From the IMG/VR virus record IMGVR_UViG_3300005805_000044: DNA of 64,000 nt. The stretch is one strand, 5' to 3'. The position numbers were made by a program, and so were the translations under genes. How positions within the stretch are numbered: position 1 is the first letter of the stretch; every line of letters begins with the position of its first letter. Origin of the DNA: a virus. The notes beneath the pieces are model-generated. The model was not told the DNA's origin. It searched no databases and worked only from the letters and a program-made list of their open reading frames with translations. Of this stretch, positions 47,478 to 56,817 are shown one piece after another.

Positions 47478-50135
47478 TTAAGTATCCCATTTCACAACAA
47501 TATTGATTGGAATTTGACCATTATTTTTTATAGGACTTGCTAATTTGGCTATTGCTACCAAATCAGCACCTGAATATAAACCTACCTCAGTGATGTATGG
47601 AGCCAAGTAAGATCCGGTAGGATCCACAGACGCACTAAAATTGTAATTGAAAAACTCAGACTTAATTCTATTGAATCCACCCTTTAAAGTTTTTTCATCC
47701 AAAAATTGAATAATACTATCGTAATTTTTTCGTTTTGAATTGGTAGTAATATATTGTTTATAATTTTCTATTGTTAAATTAGCTATAAAATAGTTCCATA
47801 TCATGTAGGCATCTGCGTAATTAACAACGCCGTCTTTGTTTACATCAAAGTCTTTGGATCCAAGTATACATTTTAGTTCTGGAGTCAATCTATTATCAGT
47901 AAAGTTTGTGACCGACGATGTATAAAAATTAAACATACTCTCTTGAACATCGCCAGTAACCAATACATCCCACCAAGATTCAACGTGCGTAGATGTCAAT
48001 TTATAGTTAATATATCGTAAAACAATATCCAAATTACTAAAATCAAATACTTCTTTATTTACTACACAATATGAATTGACAATAGATGATCCGGTAAATG
48101 ATGATGTTATTGCCGTAGGATTGGTTGAAATATTAAACTCGTCAGGTTCAACAGTGCAAATAAATTGTTTTTCATTCAACGTAATTTGACTTTGATAATC
48201 ACCATATACATAATCATCCAATGGATTCAATGGGTTTTTCAAAAGATCCGACAATATACTACCTGTATTATTTATTACAATTTTGTTATAGTTGTAAAAT
48301 ACATTTCCCACAGTATAATTCTTTTGTAGATCAGCAAAATCATATATAAATGATTTTCCATGAAGATAATCAATTGCGGGATTGTCATCATCCATTATAT
48401 AAATTATAGATGAATTTGACGAAGTGACGGGGCCTACTGAAGCACTAATACTAGATGGTGATCCACTATTTAAATTATTTCCGTTACAATCACAAATGTC
48501 ATCTTCCATCATGAAGAAAATACTGCTCGTCAAACTCGAAAATGAACATGAAAACAACCCACTACCAGATGATTGTTCTAAGGCAAATGGAACTTTAAGA
48601 TAAAAATCATCCATCAATGGTGTAGGAGATCCAACTGCCATATTGATATCGGATAAAGCCACTGATGATCCAAATGCACTAAAAGGTTCTCCAATCTTTT
48701 TTCTATAACCGATAGGTGTTGTAGTTGCAAGTCTTAATTCATCAGCATCACCACATAAATTTCTAACAATGTTATACAAAAGAACTTGACCGTTAAATGT
48801 GCTAGATCCAAAATCATTTGGTTCAAGGTTAGTATTGTATCTATCAATTGAAGCTGACAGATATAAACTTGAAAATGGAAAATATGGTTTTGGCGAACCA
48901 ACCACTGCATATTTGTCGGTAATATCTACACTATATCCCAACATATTATCTTTAAAAACATTTACATCACCATACGATTTGTTGACCAATATAAATTCAT
49001 TTGATGTCGATCCAGACAATATACTATAGTGATAAAAAGCTCCACGATATCTGATAGGTTGTGAATTTAATAACTGAAGCGAGCTACTGTATTCGTAGTA
49101 TATTAAATCATTTGGTGCGCCAACAATCAGATTGTCTTTTGCTATTGCCAACGAATAACCATAACGAGTATTGTATGGCGAAGATCTGGTTGGATCTGCA
49201 TACCAATCCAAATCACGATTACCTTGAACTTTATACCATTTATCTGATAAATCTTGTATTAGAGTTTGATTCAATTTCCAAGATTCACCATCAGATCCAG
49301 ATTGATAGAAATAGATAAAAACTTTACTATTTGCAGTTGGAGCACTTGAAATTGCTATTTTATTTTGATCATACTTATCAATATAAACGGCTGACCCAAA
49401 ATATAAATCACTACTGTTTGATGATGTTAATTCTTGCATGAAAAAATACTCATCACAAGAACCAGAAATTTTATAAATGTAAACTGACCCACTTCCATCA
49501 TTAGTATATGGTGCCCCAATTGCCAAATATTTATCAGATACTGCTATCGCGTTTCCAAATCCATTGGTTTGAGAACCAGTGAATATACAAACTGGTGCGT
49601 CAGGCAAAGTAAAAGTGGTTAATTCTTCACTTTTACATTCATCAACAGAAGTTTCATAAAGTTTATAAACATGAACGGCGGCATTATTAATATCAATAGA
49701 TGCTACACTTTGACTGGATGCTATATCTGATATCACCAAATATTTGTCACATATTGCCAACGCAGAGCCAAAAAAACTTTGTTTAACCGTTACAGTATCA
49801 TCCTCCAATACAATAAAATCACATGATGTAGATGTATCGATGTTAGACCCACTATCTTGTGACAAAGAAGCAGTATATAAATTACTAGCACTTTGTTCAG
49901 TGTAATATGATAAAACTTCTTTACCCGCAGCTCCCGTTGGATCTCTATAAACTTTAGCAAAAGAATAATTTGAAGTAAATTGATTTTTTTGATAAATTAA
50001 AACTTCACTTATTCTTGAAAAACCCTCTGCGCAAGTGTATGGTTTCGAATTAATATTAGAAACTGCGATAAAATTACCATTTGTAACTACCGTTTTACCA
50101 TAGTTCTCATTATGTATGTTTATAAAATTCGACAT
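47478..50135 (-). CDS. Baseplate/fibre-associated protein with FG-GAP-like beta-propeller repeats and a dockerin-like Ca loop
   Basis: Repeats FGSALAI, FGNAIAV...LAIGAP, YGYSLAI...LIVGAP, FGSSVAL...VGSP; DFDVNKDGVVNYAD; C-terminal PYITEVGLY...LVAIAKL. Confidence 0.7.
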   Translation of the reverse strand: MSNFINIHNENYGKTVVTNGNFIAVSNINSKPYTCAEGFSRISEVLIYQKNQFTSNYSFAKVYRDPTGAAGKEVLSYYTEQSASNLYTASLSQDSGSNIDTSTSCDFIVLEDDTVTVKQSFFGSALAICDKYLVISDIASSQSVASIDINNAAVHVYKLYETSVDECKSEELTTFTLPDAPVCIFTGSQTNGFGNAIAVSDKYLAIGAPYTNDGSGSVYIYKISGSCDEYFFMQELTSSNSSDLYFGSAVYIDKYDQNKIAISSAPTANSKVFIYFYQSGSDGESWKLNQTLIQDLSDKWYKVQGNRDLDWYADPTRSSPYNTRYGYSLAIAKDNLIVGAPNDLIYYEYSSSLQLLNSQPIRYRGAFYHYSILSGSTSNEFILVNKSYGDVNVFKDNMLGYSVDITDKYAVVGSPKPYFPFSSLYLSASIDRYNTNLEPNDFGSSTFNGQVLLYNIVRNLCGDADELRLATTTPIGYRKKIGEPFSAFGSSVALSDINMAVGSPTPLMDDFYLKVPFALEQSSGSGLFSCSFSSLTSSIFFMMEDDICDCNGNNLNSGSPSSISASVGPVTSSNSSIIYIMDDDNPAIDYLHGKSFIYDFADLQKNYTVGNVFYNYNKIVINNTGSILSDLLKNPLNPLDDYVYGDYQSQITLNEKQFICTVEPDEFNISTNPTAITSSFTGSSIVNSYCVVNKEVFDFSNLDIVLRYINYKLTSTHVESWWDVLVTGDVQESMFNFYTSSVTNFTDNRLTPELKCILGSKDFDVNKDGVVNYADAYMIWNYFIANLTIENYKQYITTNSKRKNYDSIIQFLDEKTLKGGFNRIKSEFFNYNFSASVDPTGSYLAPYITEVGLYSGADLVAIAKLASPIKNNGQIPINIVVKWDT

Positions 50136-50203
50136 TGCCTATAAATATTGAAATAAACAAAAAATCTATCTTTAGACTCCAAATATTATTATCAATATAT
50201 ATA

Positions 50204-51049
50204 TTATTTCTTAAATTCAAGAATTCCATCTTTCCAATACGTGGGTATTTTGATCCATCCGTCACAATAAATATCTTTGGTATCTTCTCTCAAATCCGGT
50301 CCAAACCAAGTATCTGGAGCTATAACCACTTTATCATCGGTTCTTGATAACCAAGCTCCCCACCAACTAAAAGTGGAGTTAGATATGATAAAATGATCAC
50401 ACAAAGATAATAACCAAAGGCCCTCATAATCACGATAAACATTGTCTTCAATAAAAACACTATTTGGTAGTTTTATATTTTCTTTACACCATTTTATATC
50501 ATCACTCATAATAATCAAGTGATTGTGTTTAGGCAATTGTTTATATGCTTCTTGTATATATTCCAAACTTACAACGGGGTGTCTTGTTGGTTGTGTTAAA
50601 TAATCACCACGTCTTACATTAATAGCAGCTACAATTGAACTTTCTAAAAATGGAAAGTCTTTTTTAGCTTTTTCAACAAATTCCTTGGTGGGTGAAAACA
50701 AATCTCTAATTGCTTCAGTAAATTTGCCAAAATACTTTTCAGACTGAAACCAACCCACATAAACAGTTGGTTTATCATTAGAAGGAGGTAAATTTGAGTA
50801 ATAAAATGTCCCCCCAATAAACTGTGCATCATTTATACCCTCGGACTTTTTAATATCAAAGTCTAACTTTCTAAATAAATTTTTTTCAAATATGTTAGAC
50901 GAACTATCTTGAGATGGTGCAACAAATTGTCTATTATATTCCAACGCTTTAGCATATCCATGTGCTAGTTGAAACATCATGTTGCCTGTTCTTCCTTGCA
51001 ATCTACTACAAATGAAATTTTTAGAAAACGTGGTTGATTTTTTTCTCAT
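50204..51049 (-). CDS. GT11-like alpha-1,2-fucosyltransferase
   Basis: GRTGNMMFQ, GWFQSEKYF, NVRRGDY, SDDIKWC, SNSTFSWWGAWL. Confidence 0.88.
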   Translation of the reverse strand: MRKKSTTFSKNFICSRLQGRTGNMMFQLAHGYAKALEYNRQFVAPSQDSSSNIFEKNLFRKLDFDIKKSEGINDAQFIGGTFYYSNLPPSNDKPTVYVGWFQSEKYFGKFTEAIRDLFSPTKEFVEKAKKDFPFLESSIVAAINVRRGDYLTQPTRHPVVSLEYIQEAYKQLPKHNHLIIMSDDIKWCKENIKLPNSVFIEDNVYRDYEGLWLLSLCDHFIISNSTFSWWGAWLSRTDDKVVIAPDTWFGPDLREDTKDIYCDGWIKIPTYWKDGILEFKK

Positions 51050-51720
51050 TGGTCATCCTTTTCATTCAACTTAATTAAATTTCCTTGTATATAATTTTTT
51101 TTAAAATGTGACAATGCTGGTGTATTGCCCCACGCGTCTAAATCACTAGAAATTTCTCTTTGATAACAACTTAAAGGATATATGATATATTTATTAATTT
51201 CATAACGTTGTCCCATCCAACCATCAATTGCGGAATCTATAAATGGTCTAAAATTCAATAATTGTTTTATTGCACTTCTTGTAAATCCAATTCCGTGTGT
51301 AGTTAGAACTGTGTTAGCTTTTAACAAATTAGGTGACACTTGATGAATTTCTTTATCAAACACATATCCACCAAAATAGATAATATCCCAATCTGGAAAG
51401 TTAGCCAACTGATCCAAACCTTTTTCAATATTATCAATTCCCTGTGATTCTTCATTTAAAAATACAAAGTCGTCTTCGAATATAACAATTTTTTCATATC
51501 CTTTTTCATAAGCATCTTGAAATATTTTATAAAATGAATAACTACAAAAAAAATGTTTATAGGTTATGTCAGGTCGTAATAGACAATCTTCAGCTGATCT
51601 ACGTTCTAAAAAATTAAGCAAACCATATGGCCTAACTTCATCCTCAAACAAAGTTCGTCTGTCAGTTCGTCTGTCTAAATTTAAGTAATACCCTTTGTCA
51701 AAAAAATCTTGTATTTTCAT
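51046..51720 (-). CDS. GT25-like glycosyltransferase
   Basis: YYLNLDRRTDRR, IVIFEDD, WDIIYFG. Confidence 0.8.
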   Translation of the reverse strand: MKIQDFFDKGYYLNLDRRTDRRTLFEDEVRPYGLLNFLERRSAEDCLLRPDITYKHFFCSYSFYKIFQDAYEKGYEKIVIFEDDFVFLNEESQGIDNIEKGLDQLANFPDWDIIYFGGYVFDKEIHQVSPNLLKANTVLTTHGIGFTRSAIKQLLNFRPFIDSAIDGWMGQRYEINKYIIYPLSCYQREISSDLDAWGNTPALSHFKKNYIQGNLIKLNEKDDQ

Positions 51721-52430
51721 GTTAAAATATGTTTAAATTCCTCCACATTATATTTTTCGCCCAAAATGTCTTTAGCACGTTTTAAGAAATGTTTTCGTTT
51801 ATCTGGAATTCGTATTTGAAAATTATGAAATGTGTCACTATCGTAATCTGTTCCGTTTCCATAAGCAAATGCTGGATATCCAAATCCGCCAGTATACTTC
51901 CATGTAAGATCTTCAGCACAGTGTATTGGGTAGGACAACACTATTCTTCGTCCTTGTTTTTCTAATTCTCTAGTTAATGCTTCATAACCATCCGCTTCAG
52001 CCAAATTACCATCTGGATTTGGATACATTTGAGCATTAATTGATTGAAATGGAGAGTTAGACCAAACTGTATATGACATGTTAAATACGCCGCCATTTAC
52101 AAATGGTGGTGTTCTATATGGATTAATACCTGGAAAAACATTTGACGCTTGAGCATTTCCATACACTGTGTTTTGATCAGATATAAAACCCAATGTCTTT
52201 TTTACCCAATCTTTACTAGTCGGAAAACAATCTACATCAAATAATGATATAAAATCATAATCGGAATGTGTATCTAAATAATCTTGAATTGCGCCGGTGT
52301 GTGTATTTGTTTCAACGTCCCAACTAATTTGTTCAACATTCAAATCCAAATGATTGAATACTCGTTTTTGAAGAACAATAATTTCTTTGGGCAAATCTGT
52401 TTGATAAAATGAAAGTATTCTGTGTATCAT
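51717..52430 (-). CDS. Putative GT-A fold glycosyltransferase
   Basis: YDFISLFDVDCFP (DxD), VNGGVF; coupled inside the GT operon. Confidence 0.55.
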   Translation of the reverse strand: MIHRILSFYQTDLPKEIIVLQKRVFNHLDLNVEQISWDVETNTHTGAIQDYLDTHSDYDFISLFDVDCFPTSKDWVKKTLGFISDQNTVYGNAQASNVFPGINPYRTPPFVNGGVFNMSYTVWSNSPFQSINAQMYPNPDGNLAEADGYEALTRELEKQGRRIVLSYPIHCAEDLTWKYTGGFGYPAFAYGNGTDYDSDTFHNFQIRIPDKRKHFLKRAKDILGEKYNVEEFKHILT

Positions 52431-53605
52431 AACAACGTATTGATAAAATCAACCCACATAGCACCAACCTTAGCAGAATTAAAATTGTCAAGAATATATT
52501 GTTTTCCTTTTGCTCTTAATTCTTCTTTTACTTGAGGATTGTTTTCTAGATATTTTATTTTCTCTACAATCTTGGGAATATTATATTTAAAAATTCCATC
52601 TTCGTCTTTAGATAAAGCTTCTGATTGCATTTTAACTGGATCGACATTTTCTGGAAAATCAATCCAAACACAATGACCATCAAAAATTTCAGGTAATGCT
52701 CCTAATGGATAAGTTATTGGTATAACACCAAGTGCTATTGCTTCAGCAACAACACATGAGAAAGTGTCCTTATGAACATCTTTGTAAGGAGTATACAATG
52801 GATACACAAAATATTCACTTTCTGCTAGATGAGTAAATAATGTCTTTTTATCTACACCATTGTGTCTAGTAAAAAATGGATCTTTATGATCGTGTGTTGC
52901 TAACAAATAATCAAAAGCATGAAATTCAACATCTGGAAAATTTAAATGTCTAACTGCTTCTATAGCCACATTTCCACCTCTTGCCCAAGCTGCATGAAAT
53001 ATAAATTTGTGATTCTTTCGAGTCAAATTCATTTCACACACTTCATTGACAATATCATCCATTATAGGATTTGGTATCAATGCTTGTTTAAGATCTGGTA
53101 TTTGAGACTTAATATTATCAACTGTAGATTGATTCATTCCCTTTTCCCAGTTAGATATATTAACTATTCCCAGTTGTAAATTATTCTCTTTGGTATAATT
53201 AATAATTTCACTGAGACCATACAACCACTGCATATGGTTCCAATAAATCAATGCTTTGGTAACCTTGATAGGTAACTCTTTATATTTGGCAAACCATAAA
53301 CTATTAATCAAGATATCAAATTCTTTATTATCAATACCATCAAAATTCAAGTTGGTATAAATAACACCTCTAACTTTCATGCCTGGAACATAAACTCGCC
53401 CAGCTTTTTTATATGCCTGTTCCAACTGTGGTTCCAAAGCCTCTGTCACAAATACAACTTCGTGTCCTTGCGAAGCCAAATATTCAGCCACAACTATAGA
53501 ACTACTATCTGTTCCACTACCTCCACCGCCACCATAACGAAGTGTGTCACCATTTAGATAGTTACTACGTCTGCTATTACCTATTACTGTAAATACAATT
53601 CTCAT
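52427..53605 (-). CDS. GT-B fold (GT4-like) glycosyltransferase
   Basis: GGSGTD...LASQGHEV; DTFSCVVAEAIALGVIPITYPLGALPE. Confidence 0.8.
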   Translation of the reverse strand: MRIVFTVIGNSRRSNYLNGDTLRYGGGGGSGTDSSSIVVAEYLASQGHEVVFVTEALEPQLEQAYKKAGRVYVPGMKVRGVIYTNLNFDGIDNKEFDILINSLWFAKYKELPIKVTKALIYWNHMQWLYGLSEIINYTKENNLQLGIVNISNWEKGMNQSTVDNIKSQIPDLKQALIPNPIMDDIVNEVCEMNLTRKNHKFIFHAAWARGGNVAIEAVRHLNFPDVEFHAFDYLLATHDHKDPFFTRHNGVDKKTLFTHLAESEYFVYPLYTPYKDVHKDTFSCVVAEAIALGVIPITYPLGALPEIFDGHCVWIDFPENVDPVKMQSEALSKDEDGIFKYNIPKIVEKIKYLENNPQVKEELRAKGKQYILDNFNSAKVGAMWVDFINTLL

Positions 53606-54852
53606 ATATTCTTTTCATATCGTGGTGTCCAACCAGATACCTTGTTATAACCATACATAACTAATTTACTTGGTTTATTATCGCTGCTATATCTACATAC
53701 ATGACTATCGTAAGTATAGTTAAATACAGATGGGTTGGTTTCTGGTTTAAAATCTACACGATATAAATTGTTTGAGAATTTATCTACTACACCTAATGTG
53801 ATAAATTCATAACCCTCTTTGAGATTATCTTTAAAGAACTGAGTATCCCAAGTAACTCTAGTTTCATAGTTCTCGGTTTTAAATTCTTCATCCCATACAC
53901 CTGGATTTGGTGGTTCATTTACTTTGAGTGTATAACCTTGTATTCTACATTTTTTAAAATCAAATCCAAAACTGACTTCATAATCATGTAACGTTCGTTC
54001 ACTACCAAGTCCATAAATACCAAATGGAATTTTATGATCTTCTTGACCAAACAACTGTCTTACCAAATTTCTTGATAAAATGTCTCGTTCGCCACTAGTA
54101 ACTTTGATCTTTTCATTTTTGTGACCATGATCATCCCAGTGTTTTACACGATAATTTCTGGTGTATTCATGCCACATAACCATTCTATATGGAGAGTAAA
54201 AATCATAACCATGTGTATATGCTCTTACAGACATAGAAGTCTCTTCTGTATAACCACCAAAATAAACCCGAGGATCATATTGAACTTCTTCACAGAACTT
54301 ACCTTGTGTAAAAATAAAATGTCCAGATAATGTCCTAGCTCTAATCACTTTGGTTCTAGTCTTATAATCTTGTATAAACCATGGCATGCTCATCAACAAC
54401 TTATCACTTGAAAATTCATATTGACTCATTAAACATGGAATTGGATTCCAAGTAGAAGGATCATCTTGTGGATTAAACGGCGTGCAATATGTTGTAATAA
54501 TTGGTTTTTTACAAAACTGCCGGGCCTGATTATAATCTTCAATGCAAATAGCATCCCAATCTTGAACAAATCTATGATGTGAGTCAATTTGTAAAGTATA
54601 ATCTTCACCTTTCCATAACTTTTGAGTCAAATTTCTAGCCCATCCAAGACCTTCGCTTTCGTGATATTTTACGTCAACAACACTGAATCTAGGATCATTA
54701 GTATATTCTTCTAATGACTCAGTATCATCACGCTGCCAACATATACCAAACGTAAGATTTTCTGGATATTTGGCTTTTGCAATTAAATCTCGGATTGTAG
54801 GAACCAACTCTGGGTCTCTATAACTAGCAATTTGAACGAATATTTTAGACAT
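53602..54852 (-). CDS. GT60-like polypeptide alpha-N-acetylglucosaminyltransferase
   Basis: IFVQIASYRDPEL, GLGWAR, YTLQIDSHHRF (DxH), YDP..YFGG..EE..MSVRAYTHGYDFYSP. Confidence 0.82.
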   Translation of the reverse strand: MSKIFVQIASYRDPELVPTIRDLIAKAKYPENLTFGICWQRDDTESLEEYTNDPRFSVVDVKYHESEGLGWARNLTQKLWKGEDYTLQIDSHHRFVQDWDAICIEDYNQARQFCKKPIITTYCTPFNPQDDPSTWNPIPCLMSQYEFSSDKLLMSMPWFIQDYKTRTKVIRARTLSGHFIFTQGKFCEEVQYDPRVYFGGYTEETSMSVRAYTHGYDFYSPYRMVMWHEYTRNYRVKHWDDHGHKNEKIKVTSGERDILSRNLVRQLFGQEDHKIPFGIYGLGSERTLHDYEVSFGFDFKKCRIQGYTLKVNEPPNPGVWDEEFKTENYETRVTWDTQFFKDNLKEGYEFITLGVVDKFSNNLYRVDFKPETNPSVFNYTYDSHVCRYSSDNKPSKLVMYGYNKVSGWTPRYEKNI

Positions 54853-54909
54853 AACTATTGTTTATATAGATATCGTAACACTTAAAACTTTTATTATAAA
54901 TTGATGACA

Positions 54910-56796
54910 TTAAACTACAGTATCCCACCTTACAGTTCCAGAATATGTTTTCATACCATCACCCCATCCACGGCCGTTGACCTCAGCATTAGTATTTCTG
55001 CTAGTAATGTATATGAATAGTATTTTATATGGGGTAGCAGTTATTATTGAATAGTTGAAGAAATTGACATTACCATTTCCCGTATATGTTACGACTGGAG
55101 TAGACCATGTGTTTGGATATATATAGGCAATAAATCCGTCTCCACCAAATCCGCTTGTATAAGGGCCGAATCCAGCACCGCCACCATTACCAGCACCCCA
55201 GTTTTGACCAGCAGATGTAGGCATTCCACCGTCTCTTCCTCTTCCATCAGGTCCATAGAAATCAGAGGCACCACGACCTTGGCCGGGTGCTGGTGCGGTG
55301 GTTGATCCAACAACACCGGTCTTTTTTATAGAATTGCCGCCGCCGCTTCCTGCGATAGCATTGGCTATAAGCGTGTCAACATAGATATCAAACCAAGTTG
55401 GAATTTCTCCAGCAGTCATAACAGCTGTTCCAAGACCGCCCTGTGCTGTTGGACCGGCTAAGAGTTGTCCACTAACGCCACTGGAATTATATCCACCACC
55501 AGATCCACCAACTCTATAATCAACAGCTTCAACGCCAACACCGCCAGATCCGCCAGATCCATCACCGCTACCTGCTGCTATAAGAGTTCCATCGGGTGCG
55601 ACACCGCCGCCACCGCCACCACCACCATATACACCATCACCAGCAGCAAGAGCTACGCCGTTGATATAACTTGCGCCACCACCGCCACCACCGGCATAAT
55701 AGGTATCAGCAAACATAGTGGTTTGACCATTTCTATTGGCCATTACTGAACCAGAAATTGAGTCGCCGCCACTACCAACAACAAAGTTATATGTTACACC
55801 AGCAACAGGTATAAAGGTATTTGTTAATACATAAGCACCCGATCCACCGCCACCCATTGCTGGTTCACTAGCAACGACGCTGTTTATTTTGTCACCACCC
55901 GCACCACCGCCACCTACCATAAATAGTTGAATGCCAGGATCAGGTGTAGGTGTTGGAGTTGGGGTCGCAGTAGGAGATGGTGTAGGTGTATTTGTTATTG
56001 TTGGGGTAGGAGTAGGTGTAGCTGTAGGAGCAGGCGTGTTTGTTGGAGTTGGCGTAGGTGTGGGTTCTACTGGAGCTGGCGTTGGAGTTGGAGTTGGAGT
56101 ATCTGTGGGTGCAGGTGTTGGTGTAGGTGTAGGTGTGTCTGTTGGAGCTGGAGTGTTTGTAGGTGTAGGTGTTGGAGTAGGTTCTACTGGGCCAGGCGTT
56201 GGAGTTGGTGTTGGAGTATCTGTTGGACCAGGCGTTGGAGTTGGTGTTGGAGTATCTGTTGGACCAGGCGTTGGAGTTGGCGTAGGAGTATCTGTTGGAC
56301 CCGGAGTAGGTGTAGGCGTAGGAGTATCTGTTGGACCAGGTGTTGGGGTTGGCGTTGGAGTATCTGTTGGACCAGGTGTTGGGGTTGGAGTAGGTGTGGA
56401 AGTTGATGTAGGTGTTGGTGTTGGTGTGGAAGTTGATGTAGGTGTTGGTGTTGGTGTAGGAGAAGGTGTAGGAGTTGGCAAATCTTCTGAATTACATGCA
56501 CAGACGGTTACATTTTTTATTACGCCGACAAAAGTAAAACTATTCTTACTAGGATTATACTGATATAATACAAAACTTAAAGTTTGACCATTACCTACAC
56601 TTTGTAATGACACTTTAAATTTATATTTTTTAAACAACAAATCATAAGCAGGCGTGGTCGATAAAATATTATTATTTAAGTCTGATATCAATTTTAGCGC
56701 TGTGGTTGAAAGAAACTTGTCACTCTCAGATATACTATATAGCCAATGTATTAAATTAGATTTGTATAAAATATAAGAATATAAGTCTGTTATCAT
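54910..56796 (-). CDS. Virion-module protein with Pro-Thr mucin-like stalk and glycine-rich C-terminal domain
   Basis: About 180 aa (PT)n tract, then MVGGGGAGG...GGGGSG...GGDG glycine-rich fibre-type domain. Confidence 0.75.
   Translation of the reverse strand: MITDLYSYILYKSNLIHWLYSISESDKFLSTTALKLISDLNNNILSTTPAYDLLFKKYKFKVSLQSVGNGQTLSFVLYQYNPSKNSFTFVGVIKNVTVCACNSEDLPTPTPSPTPTPTPTSTSTPTPTPTSTSTPTPTPTPGPTDTPTPTPTPGPTDTPTPTPTPGPTDTPTPTPTPGPTDTPTPTPTPGPTDTPTPTPTPGPVEPTPTPTPTNTPAPTDTPTPTPTPAPTDTPTPTPTPAPVEPTPTPTPTNTPAPTATPTPTPTITNTPTPSPTATPTPTPTPDPGIQLFMVGGGGAGGDKINSVVASEPAMGGGGSGAYVLTNTFIPVAGVTYNFVVGSGGDSISGSVMANRNGQTTMFADTYYAGGGGGGASYINGVALAAGDGVYGGGGGGGGVAPDGTLIAAGSGDGSGGSGGVGVEAVDYRVGGSGGGYNSSGVSGQLLAGPTAQGGLGTAVMTAGEIPTWFDIYVDTLIANAIAGSGGGNSIKKTGVVGSTTAPAPGQGRGASDFYGPDGRGRDGGMPTSAGQNWGAGNGGGAGFGPYTSGFGGDGFIAYIYPNTWSTPVVTYTGNGNVNFFNYSIITATPYKILFIYITSRNTNAEVNGRGWGDGMKTYSGTVRWDTVV
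55936..56478. repeat. Coding Pro-Thr repeat including a 36-bp tandem unit ([12 protein letters not shown])
   Basis: ggaccaggcgttggagttggtgttggagtatctgtt-type unit, about 5 copies over about 56189-56370, with synonymous variation. Confidence 0.9.
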
Positions 56797-56817
56797 AATA
56801 TTTGTTTATTCACTATT

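Noticed and set aside
50204-54852. GT cluster as a DNA-glucosylation or captured host LPS locus
   Set aside because: No modified-base synthesis, flippase, polymerase or nucleotide-sugar genes nearby, and the first enzyme is protein-acceptor type. Disfavoured but not excluded.
56189-56380. 36-bp repeats as a CRISPR array
   Set aside because: Head-to-tail with no spacers, in frame within a CDS, and no cas genes
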